Positions 51,381-61,351 of a stretch of 63,589 nucleotides of DNA are shown piece after piece. The notes beneath the pieces are model-generated. The model saw only the letters and a list, made by a program, of their open reading frames with translations. It was not told the origin of the DNA and ran no database searches. The stretch is from Octopus bimaculoides. Taxonomy: Eukaryota. The translations under genes were made by a program, and so were the position numbers. Position 1 is the stretch's first letter. Every line of letters starts with the position of its first letter. The DNA is taken from NCBI RefSeq assembly GCF_001194135.2, contig NC_069007.1, positions 22,013,094 to 22,076,682 of the forward strand, given 5' to 3'.

Positions 51381-52603
51381 TGGTGGGTAGGGGTTGCTTA
51401 GATCCTTTCAGATTATTCATCATCATCCTCATTTAATATCTCCTTTCAATGCTGGCATGGGTTAGCTAATTTAACAGGATCCAGCCATAGGGCTGCGTTG
51501 TGCTCCATGTCAACTTTAGCTTCACTGCTAGATGCCCTTCCTAACTCCAACTGCTATACAGAATACTTATTCCATACGAATGGGTTTGCCGAGGAACTTG
51601 CAAGAAAGGGAAGATTAAGAAAAAGGGGGGAAAGGGAAAACATGCCCAACTATGNNNNNNNNNNGGGGGTGTATTTGAGAGAGTAAGGGAGGTGATTTTA
51701 TGCCAGGGGGTAAGCTGTCCTACATTTATATAAGAGTGGGTGGGAGTATCCGGGAAAAGATGGTAGCAATGGGTTGCCAGAGCAAAACTCAAGAAGCAAG
51801 AGATGCTTCGGGATATGGATCAGGAGTGGGGCAAGTACCAGGTGCCATTAGGAAACACGTCTAACCATGCCAATGCAGTCTTTGGATTCGCCGTCAACCC
51901 ACGCCCGAATGAAATCTTAGTCCCCTTCTGTAGAATGAACAAAGTAATTGGTCTCGGTTCACTGATAACGAGCATGTAAAGCTATTCGAATGAAGCCCTC
52001 TGGTGGTGGAACTACAAGCTCTATTTACACAGTAAGGTTATCTGTATAGGTTGTTAATTATACACATGTAAAATTATTTGCAGTTTATTCACACATGCTG
52101 TCTCACAACTTTCCTTAAATAATGTATTTATATTGTATGTAATATGATACGTGTGTATGTATGTGTTTGTATACATGTCTGTGTGTGTGTGTGTTTGTAT
52201 ACATGTCTGTGTGTGTGTGTGTTTACTTAATTTATGTGTTTATTTTTATGATGTTCCCTAATTAACACTAAGTGGTGATCTTTTCATTAGTTCGTTTAAG
52301 CTTGTATTTACATGCTGGCATTTCTCATTACCAAGAACTCCTGTACTAAACAACTGATCTGTGGGGCATCCTTGAGCTTCATAGAAAACATCTAATCCCT
52401 GGCGTCTCCTGGATGGCACCAAGTCTTTTTGGTTTCTTTAAGTCTCATCTGGTTTCAGTGTTTTGACTACAGCCAGGCTCGGTCGAGATTTTGTATGGCA
52501 AATATTTTATTGATTTCTGTTCATTGAACTGCTAAGCTTTTTGTAGTAAAAATAAATACTTATACTCTAGGGTATTTTTTGTTTCTGTGCCATTTAAACA
52601 AAT

Positions 52604-52634
<31 letters not shown>

Positions 52635-53293
52635 GTATGTATATAATTTTAATAGAATCTACGGACATTATTTTATTGTTTTATCAACGCCTGTTTTCAA
52701 AGATTGCTATGGAAGATTGAGACATCTGGTGTGGAAGTCTGGCCTTGGTTTGGGCAAGTCACCAACCAGATAAATTGATGGACAAGAATGCTGATTCTAT
52801 CCTAATGTTACAGTCTGTGCATGCATACTTACGTTTGAGTTTTATCTGAGTTTTATAGTTTTTTAATTGTTTTATAGATGCAAGTTTCATTAGTTATTTT
52901 GTTCTTTTGTTGTTTTTTTTACTATTTAGCATTCAGGTTATTTTGTCAAATGTAATGGTTATTAATTCATATTGTTTTGAATTAATCATGCATTATCTGA
53001 CAGCTTTGAGATTTCAATGATGTGATTGTTTATTTTTTTAGAATAAAATTGTAGGTTCAGTGTGAGAGGCTGGATCTGGTCAATTTGAACATAAAACAAG
53101 TGGAATATTTCTGCCAGACATGGCCAGTTTAAATGCCAAAGTGTTTATAGTTTTATGTGTATGAAATTGATATCATTATTTTTTCAAAGTAACATGTGAT
53201 ATTTCTGTAGTTTGTACATAGTTCTTTGCTGTCCAGACCCTAATTCTAATTTGAATCCTTTATTTATTATTATTATTTTTTTTCAAATTCCAG

Positions 53294-53420
53294 TTTAATC
53301 ATTGTCCCTATAGGCCGGTACCTGGGGATTCGAGAACATCAGAGAAAAGTTTCACACAATCCAGTCTTAGAACAAGTTTATAGAAAAAATAAAGCCAGTA
53401 TTGATGATACGCAAATGAAG
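53294..53420 (+). CDS. CERS6: CerS exon 2 (start of homeodomain-like region)
   Basis: ttccag| acceptor, aag|GTGAGT donor; 127 nt; (S)LIIVPIGRYLGIREHQRKVSHNPVLEQVYRKNKASIDDTQMK; NPVLEQVY matches CerS NAILEKVF. Confidence 0.92.
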
Positions 53421-53814
53421 GTGAGTATGAAATAGAGTTTATTCAGGTCAATTGACATCAATGGATGTCGTAGGGGGTAAGCTGTAATATGTGGGGGTAG
53501 ACAGGTTTTTAGCTTTTGGTCTATTTGTGCTGTTCAGTGCATTGAGTTTGGTCAGCTGCTATTTTTGCACATTCATACCAAGTAATGTTGACTGTCTTCA
53601 GGTCATCTTGAAATGTCCGCTGCCAAGGAATCTCTTAACGTAGTGTGGCACAGAATGCGAAGTATTACGCATTTTTGCCAGTGGAGTGGACCGGAGCAAC
53701 ATGAAATAAAGTGTCTTGCTCAAGGACATAACACACCACTGAGAATTGAACCCATGCTCTTACAACCACAAGCCAAATACCCTAACCATTAAGCCATGTG
53801 CCTTCACAACAGTT

Positions 53815-54081
53815 TTAGAATAGAGTCCTCAAGCACCTCCTCCATAGGATCTTATCAGAAGTAATTGTCATTAGATTTCCTGCTGAATTCCCAAGCGTAA
53901 CCAAACCGAGGCAATGGATATTATCCAACCCTTTCGTTCTCAGTCTACCTTTAAGTCTCCTGCCAGATGACTCACCTTGAAGAACCCATCTTGCAATTCT
54001 ATCCTGCAACATTCTAATCACATGTCTGTCGTACCAGAGCTGTGATCTCTCAATGCAGAAAAGTAGTGGTGCTATGTACCT
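53815..54081 (-). mobile_element. RTE-clade LINE 3' fragment, antisense in CerS intron 2
   Basis: IERSQLWYDRHVIRMLQDRIARWVLQGESSGRRLKGRLRTKGLDNI...SDKILWRR is a degenerate LRWFGHVxRM...GRRxRGRPRxRW tail. Confidence 0.8.
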
Positions 54082-54357
54082 GTCCATTGTCCATGCTGGC
54101 ATGGGTTGCACAGTTTGACCAGAGCTGGCAAGCCGGAGAGCTGCACCAGGTTCCAGTCTGATTGGAGTTGGTTTCTACAGCTGGATGCCCTTCCTAATGC
54201 CGACCACTTAACGGATTGTGTACTGGATGCTTTTAATGTGACACCGACACAAGCGCTTTTTACATGTCACCAGCACTGGACTCTTGCAGGCCAGTCCTGA
54301 CTTGATAATCACTCTGTATAATATTCTCTTTCTTTCTCTCTCTTTCCTTCATGGCAG

Positions 54358-54464
54358 CATCTCATCAAAGAAACATCTATGAACAGTCAACATATAAAAA
54401 AATGGATGAGGATGCGGAGACTACAAGATGCACCAAGTACAATGTTAAAGTTTCGAGAATGCAG
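54358..54464 (+). CDS. CERS6: CerS exon 3 (homeodomain helix 3 and linker)
   Basis: CT-rich tract then ggcag|; 107 nt; HLIKETSMNSQHIKKWMRMRRLQDAPSTMLKFREC(S); matches [23 protein letters not shown]; donor AG|GTAGGT, phase 2. Confidence 0.93.
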
Positions 54465-54581
54465 GTAGGTGAAGGAACCCCCACCTTTTCAGTCTCATTT
54501 TCTTACTCTCTGACTCTTGAGTCTCTCTCTCTAGTCTCTCTCAAATCTCTCTTTCTCTCTCGAGTTTCTCTCTCTCTCTAG

Positions 54582-54613
<32 letters not shown>

Positions 54614-55524
54614 CATTCTAATAGAGCAGTGCTTCTCAACTGGGGTCCGTCTGGCCCTTGAGATCCACATAAGATTCTATTGTTGAAATTTGTTTCATAA
54701 ATTGTTTATACTTCTACAACACACAGAATATAATTTCTTTCATACAATTCCTGGTAATGTTTAATTATAAAAATACAGTAAAAATGTCTTTTTCACATGC
54801 AGTGAACAGCTACGGGGGTTCAACTCATTTTCAGTCTCTATTTCCATGCAGGATAACATTACACATCCAATGAATCCTGCTTTTCTTGTTTCTCTTTTCC
54901 CTTTGGTTGCCAACCAGCCTGTCAAACCATCCAACTCATACCAACAAGAAGAACGGACGTTAAATGACGACGATGATGATACACACACACACACATATCT
55001 TTTAGCTTCTACTTATTTCAGTCCTTTGACTGACCATGCTGGGGCACCTCCTTGAAGAAGACTTTGTCGAATGAATCAACACCAGTACTTTTCTTTTTTA
55101 AGCTTAGTGCTTATTCTATTAATCTCTTCTGCTGAACCACTAAGTTATAGGGATGTAAACACACATGCACATATGCAATGGGCTTCTTTCAGTTTCCATC
55201 TACCAAATCCACTCACAGTGCTTTGGTCAGCCCAAGGTGCCTGAAACCATGTGGTTGGGAAGCAAGCTTCTTACTACACAGCCACTTGTTCCCTACATCC
55301 GTTTCACCATTGTAGTTATCAGCATCCTCTGCAGTGGGTGTTCCAAGCACAGTTCATGAGGAGGAACACTCTATTGCATTATATTTCTGCAGATCAAATA
55401 TATACTGCATCTTGTGTTTATCATACATTTTCCTCATCATTTGCTCCATATATCATTATGATCAATAATCCCGCTAATTACAAAAGTAACCATACCACTT
55501 TAGTAAAAGTAGACTAGACAATGA

Positions 55525-55700
55525 TGCTGTGCATGGGGCATTAATCTCGCGAGTGGTATCCAAGTGATCGGAAGAGGCTACTCCATGGGAAGGGCCACTA
55601 GACAATGGGAAGATGATTTAGTTTAACAATTTGAGTCAAGAGGGGAAAGAGAAGGGTGCAATCAAGAAAGAATTGGATGTGCTTTGTGACCAATGGTGTG
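55525..55700 (+). mobile_element. Highly decayed RTE 3' fragment in CerS intron 3
   Basis: EWYPSDRKR + frameshift + SMGRATRQWEDDL resembles EWxPRxxKRxRGRPxxRWEDDL; boundaries approximate. Confidence 0.45.
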
Positions 55701-56283
55701 TAGCAACGTCTGATTGTATAATCAATACGGTGATATATATATACACACAAACATACATACATGGAGAGAGAGAGATATGCACACACACCATGTGAAAACT
55801 GTGTATATATCTCAACGTACCCCGTACACCCACTTCTGTCAACATGAGCAGAAGTGTTTCGCTCAAGAACACAATGCACTGCCAAGTCCTGGAATCGAAA
55901 CCCTAACCCTTGCTCTAGGCCACATGCCTTCACTAAAAGAAAAAAAGAACTGGTTTATTGAATTATTGATAGAAGTTATCTTAGGGGCCAAGCTGTAAAT
56001 TGATTCCCTCATAAGGCACAGTTCATCCATTTTCTCAGTCCACTTAATTGTAAACAGGTGTCTGTTTGTGAAGTAGGATGCTGACCTTAAATCCCCATCA
56101 TGGGGCCAGCAAAGTGCATTCTTCTCTTCAATCACATTAGCTGAAATAAAAAAAAATTTTCCTCTGTTTTATTTTTCGTTTTCTTTTCTGTTTTTCTTTT
56201 CTTTGTTTTGTTTTTGTTTTTGTTTTACTCATCTTACATTTTATTTATTTAATTTTTTTACTTAATTTTTTATTTTTTTGCAG

Positions 56284-56341
56284 TTGGCATCTTTTGTTTT
56301 ATACTTCAGCATGCATATATGGTATCATTATTTTATGGGAT
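56284..56341 (+). CDS. CERS6: CerS exon 4
   Basis: Long T tract then tgcag|; 58 nt; WHLLFYTSACIYGIIILWD; donor gat|GTAAGT. Confidence 0.92.
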
Positions 56342-56611
56342 GTAAGTATACACTCATTTCATTGGCCTCCTCCATGTTGTCGTGCTACAGTTTACATTTA
56401 TATACATTTGTGTCTGCCTCCTGTCTGTCTGCAGTCTGTCTTTCTGCCATATTGTTAATATTCAGCTTCATTACATCCCCTTCACATATATACAAACTGG
56501 TGAAAGCATGAGACATGTTTTGCTCTTATTAGGCTTCTTCAGTAAAGAATATTTTTCTCATGCAAGGTTAATGGTTATGTAAACAATTGCAGCATGGAAG
56601 GGTGTTTATAA

Positions 56612-56837
56612 GCCATTTAAAACACACAAAAACCGTTAGATTCACATCAACATTTAAATTTAATTTGCCAAAATATTTTCGTCGCTTTGAGACCGAGACC
56701 TGTTCACTGAAAAGACTCCGTACTGCATTTGAATTTTGTCAGTGAGCAGGTTGCGGTCACAAAGCGACGAAAATATTTTGATAAATTAAATTTAAATGTT
56801 GAAGTGAATCTAACGGTTTTTGTGTGTTTTAAATGGC
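56612..56837. mobile_element. Palindromic MITE-like / foldback element in CerS intron 4
   Basis: Arms 56612-56710 and 56739-56837 are reverse complements with about 7 mismatches by manual comparison; spacer ~28 nt. Confidence 0.85.
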
Positions 56838-57967
56838 ATTAAAAAAATATATTCGCCTACGCAATGGCTTATTTTGAATTGTCCTGGCAGCAAAGAGGGG
56901 AGACAACTCTGTATCTGTTTAATTCATGATGTATTTTTTTATGATGTATTTTCGATAGGAAGTTTAATCAGATGTCATCAACATTAAAAGAACTCACGAA
57001 GCATTAATTCGTTAGCATTTAATCCTGGGAGCATTGATAAACTATCCAAGAATATTTAACTTAATTTAGAATTATACAAAGTCACACGAAGCCGCGTTGA
57101 ATAGAATATATCCATGTCGTATTTATGTTGGGCATGTGGAAACCTTTTGCTAAGGAATTTGGGAGAAGAATTTTCTGCTCTTAGATGGACATGCGTGAAA
57201 ACGTGTTGGGCTGTGAATGACGTCATTGAAACATAGGAAGCCGGTGTTTCTGCAAACTCTTGCTACAAACACGAAATCGGCCTTTTGCAGCTAAATTAGT
57301 CATTGTCATTATTATTATTATTATTATTATTATGATTTTTACCAATGGACCCCTTCGATTCCTGTTTTAATCGGATCGTCCCTCATAGCCATTCAATGTT
57401 TTAAAAAGTCCCATTATATTTGTTTATAATTAAATATTATTAGGAATTGTATGAAAAAAAAAAAAAATTATTAAAATAATATTTTTGTGTATTGTAAAAG
57501 TATAACCAATTTATTGCACATACATTTTAACAATGGAATGATGGTTATACAGTCAAGACAGTCTTACCTTGCACTAGGGAAGTGTTCTTATGTTTGTGTG
57601 AAAAGTGAGGGACAGGTGAGTGGACGCCTGTTTTCCTATTGTAAAGAAATCTTTTTCCTTTATGTGTGTGTGTGTTCGTTATATTTCTGTTTTACTCTTT
57701 TGTTTGTTTCACTCATTAGACCGGTCATGCTGGGCACTGTCTTGAAGAATTTTTAGTTAATTGTGTCAACCTCAGTACCAAACCACTAAGTTACGGGGAC
57801 GTAAATACACCAACACCAAACAGTGGTGGGGGACAAACGCAGACACAAAGATACTCACACACATAGATATATGCATATATACATACATAATGTGTGTGTG
57901 TGTGTATGATGGGCATCTTTCAGTTTCCATCTAATTTTTATTTTGTTTTTCTCTTTTTTTTTTTCAG

Positions 57968-58018
57968 AAACATTGGGTGTGGCACACTGAAGACTGTTGG
58001 AGAGGATGGCCTAATCAT
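57968..58018 (+). CDS. CERS6: CerS exon 5
   Basis: tttttcag|; 51 nt; KHWVWHTEDCWRGWPNH (cf. PWLWNTRHCWYNYPYQ); donor cat|GTAAAT. Confidence 0.92.
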
Positions 58019-58915
58019 GTAATTTAGAACTTTTACTCTGTTTATTTCTCTCTGCTCCTTCCAAGCATAACCACCCAGCAACATATTCTAATTCTAGTTA
58101 TGCATTAATTAGTTCAGTTGGTTACAAGGTGGCAACGATCAAAAAGGAAATGGAATACTTCAACCTTCACTTCTAATTAGTAAAGCTTTTAAAGCATTTT
58201 ATTCTCTTTATCTAATTAAGAAATCATCATTATCCCCATTTTCTTGAGGTTAACGATGATTTTGTCATGGCAATTTGTAGATAGACCAAGTTAATTTACT
58301 GCTCCAACACAAACATTAGAACACCACTCTCAATCTGTTAATTGTTAGAATTATGGAAGGCATTGAAGAATGAAGACATGGCTGTGTGGTTAAGAAGTTT
58401 GCTTTGCAACCATGTGGTTCTGGTTTCAGTACCACTACACAGCACCTTGAGTAAATGTTTTTTTTTCCTATTGCCTCCTTCGATTGATGAATATCTTGAG
58501 AAGAATTTGAGAAACACTAAAACAGGACAAGAATGCACTCAAACACATACACATATATATTATAGGCTTCTTTCAGTTTCTGTCTACCTGATCCACTCAT
58601 TATAGCAAAATATTCTGACCAACACCACAGATTTGCTTGACCGTAACCACATGAGCATGTCCTTTAATGGCTGACACTATGTGCATCTCTGATCGTGAGC
58701 GTGAGCACCGTGCTGGAGCACCATAGCCATGTTTTGAATGGGAGTTTGAATAAATGTCACAAAAGCAAAGTTTAAAGGAAATATTAGGGATTTTTCATAC
58801 TTTCTAGGGGTAAGCAAAGAAGAAACAAACAGTTGCTACCCAAGGAGGAAAATCATGTTACCCAGTGTGATTTAATAAATAATATTTATATATTTTTGTT
58901 TCTTCTCAATTACAG

Positions 58916-59008
58916 AATGTTGGCACAGATCTCTACTACTATTATCTTTTTGAATTGGCCTTTTATGGCAGCCTCATCTTGAGTCTACTTATGGATATCA
59001 AAAGAAAA
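58916..59008 (+). CDS. CERS6: CerS exon 6
   Basis: ttacag|; 93 nt; NVGTDLYYYYLFELAFYGSLILSLLMDIKRK; donor aaa|GTGAGT. Confidence 0.95.
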
Positions 59009-59255
59009 GTGAGTTTCAGCTTTATAGTATTTTCTTCATTTCCCTTGTCTTTTAACTCACTTCATTATCTTAGTTGGAACAAGAAAGTGTTTCTCTTTTT
59101 GTTTTTTAACTTCAGTTATATGTATGTATTTGTTTTTTTATCTTTTACTTGTTCTAGTCATTTAGTCTTTAAAAAAAATTTTTTTTTGTGTGTGTGTGTG
59201 TGTGGGCATAATTTCTGTTGTGCTAAATCCCTGTTTTTACTTTTGCTGTTTCCAG

Positions 59256-59384
59256 GACTTAAAAGTGATGATCGTCCACCATGTTGCAACTATCATTCTT
59301 CTCTCTATGTCATGGTTTTTGAATTTTGTTCGCATCGGATCTCTCACATTGATTGTTCATGACATAGTCGATCCATCCTTGGCT
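59256..59384 (+). CDS. CERS6: CerS exon 7 (Lag1p motif with catalytic HH and HDxxD)
   Basis: tttccag|; 129 nt; DLKVMIVHHVATIILLSMSWFLNFVRIGSLTLIVHDIVDPSLA; donor gct|GTGAGT. Confidence 0.96.
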
Positions 59385-59926
59385 GTGAGTTGAGAACTTT
59401 TCTAACATTTGCTTTTTTACTATTGCTGTTGTTTTTATTGATTGCCCCCCCCCCCTCTAAATCACCCGCATATGACGTCTATCAACATGCTTCTGCCAAA
59501 TTGAACATACTCAACACATACTGCATACAGTGGCTGAGTGCAACTCAGTGCTGAATCTGTCTGAGATGAAATGGAAAATAGGTCAGTTTCAAAACATTGA
59601 TGTCCAGGTGACAAAAGCAAAGTTTGTTAGAAATAATAGTCATTTCCTTTGATTTCGAGATGGAAGCAAATAAGAAATATAACACTTATTGACCAAAGAC
59701 TAAAAAAAAAAGAAGAAAAAAATTACACAGTATAAAAATTCTACATCTTGTCTGCATAAGCAATACAAGGGGACATTATCAGCTTTGTATCCTAAAATCC
59801 GAGAGGTTGTTTCGGGTATTACAACATACATCCTGAATCAGACAACCTCATCCTAGGTTGATTAAGCCTAGGCTTGGCTCATCTTACATCAAGAAATCTC
59901 AATGTTTTCATTGTCTATTTTAACAG

Positions 59927-60033
59927 GCTGCAAAAATGGCAAAATACTCTAAAAAACAGACTCTCTGTGAGATTGTCTTTGGGATATTTGCAGTTCTGTG
60001 GATGATATCCAGACTAGGAATTTATCCATTTTG
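59927..60033 (+). CDS. CERS6: CerS exon 8
   Basis: ttaacag|; 107 nt; AAKMAKYSKKQTLCEIVFGIFAVLWMISRLGIYPF(W); donor tg|GTAAGT, phase 2. Confidence 0.96.
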
Positions 60034-60565
60034 GTAAGTGTTTTTTAATTACTATTCAATTAATTAACCCTTATGCTTTTATATATATATATAAATAACC
60101 AGAAATGGCTCTGACGAAAGTAGCAATAATCTTTTTAGGTCTTTCAATTTTTCTCAACTGATCAATAATGTACCTATCAATAATGTACCTATAATGATTA
60201 CTGGAAACAGCCGTAAGCCAAATTTACTCTAATAAAGAATAATGTGTAACGGCCATTATCTACACCTTGTCTTATATATCGCTGTGTGTAAAACGCAGTT
60301 TAACTGGAGCCCAACCAGATTTACAATATGGAATTGTGATGAGCCATAAACTTGGACCCTGCTACAAGAATACTTGGAACTCTTCACTAATCTAAACAAT
60401 ATTGTTATTCTGGTGTGCCAAACGAGGGCTTATGAAGTATTTTACCCGGATTGATAATCCCTCATTATTAGCTACATATTTATAAGTGTGTGTGTGTGTA
60501 TATATATAATTAATGTAAGATGTTTCCAGTTGTTGCTCTGACGTATTACCCAATTGTTTTTGCAG

Positions 60566-60722
60566 GGTGCTCCGCTCGGTGTATTTCGAAATACATGATC
60601 ATGTCGCCTCGTTTCCGTCATTCATAGTGTTTGCAACTCTGTTGTTTATATTACAAATACTTCACATCGTTTGGACATACATGATTATTAAGATAGCCAT
60701 CCAGAAATATACGCATGGGCAG
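60566..60722 (+). CDS. CERS6: CerS exon 9
   Basis: ttttgcag|; 157 nt; VLRSVYFEIHDHVASFPSFIVFATLLFILQILHIVWTYMIIKIAIQKYTHGQ; donor cag|GTAAGT. Confidence 0.95.
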
Positions 60723-61351
60723 GTAAGTCCAAGTATTCTTTTCTCTCCCACATCACACGTCGTTTTTTTGCAATCAATCTTGTACATGGTCTGTCAGTTG
60801 GCCTCCTTGAAAAAGTTGCCAAACATCCCCTTTCTCTCACATATTTACCTTGTACCTTGGCCTCACATCTCTCTCTCTCTCTCTCCCTGGGAAGGCATGT
60901 GTTTATCTCCTCATCAAGGCACTTGCACCTCTCATCCCTCAATATTGTCCCCTACTAAATCAAGGGTATTGTTTTGCAAGTATTTAGTGACCTCACCCGT
61001 GCTGCTGTTGATGCCATGTAAAAAAGCTCTGTGTTTTGCTCAAGAACACAATGTGTCACCAAGAACCGAACTCCTGACCTTAAGATTGTTAGTCGAATAC
61101 CCTAACCACTAAGCCAGATGCGTTCAAAGAAGCAGTGGATCACCAACTGTTGAAATGTGTTCAGTATTTAATCTTATTATCATCATTATTATATTATTAT
61201 TATCATCATTATTAATATTATTATTATTATTGAAATAAAGACAATGTATTTCAAGAGAAATATGGCAACAAAAGGGTTAGATTTAGTCATTTTTTTTTTT
61301 TTTCATTTTGTTTTCACAGCAACATTGTATTTTGTTGTTTGTTTGTTTTAG

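Noticed and set aside
51560-52020. GC-richer segment as a possible LTR or coding fragment
   Set aside because: No partner LTR, TG...CA ends or recognisable translation could be identified by eye.
53304-53313. Alternative acceptor ccctatAG inside exon 2
   Set aside because: A 20-nt shift leads to a stop within exon 2.
54465-54474. Tandem donor GTAG|GTGAAG 4 nt downstream of the exon 3 donor
   Set aside because: Use would frameshift exon 4 onward; only the upstream GT keeps the conserved frame, and there is no evidence of use.
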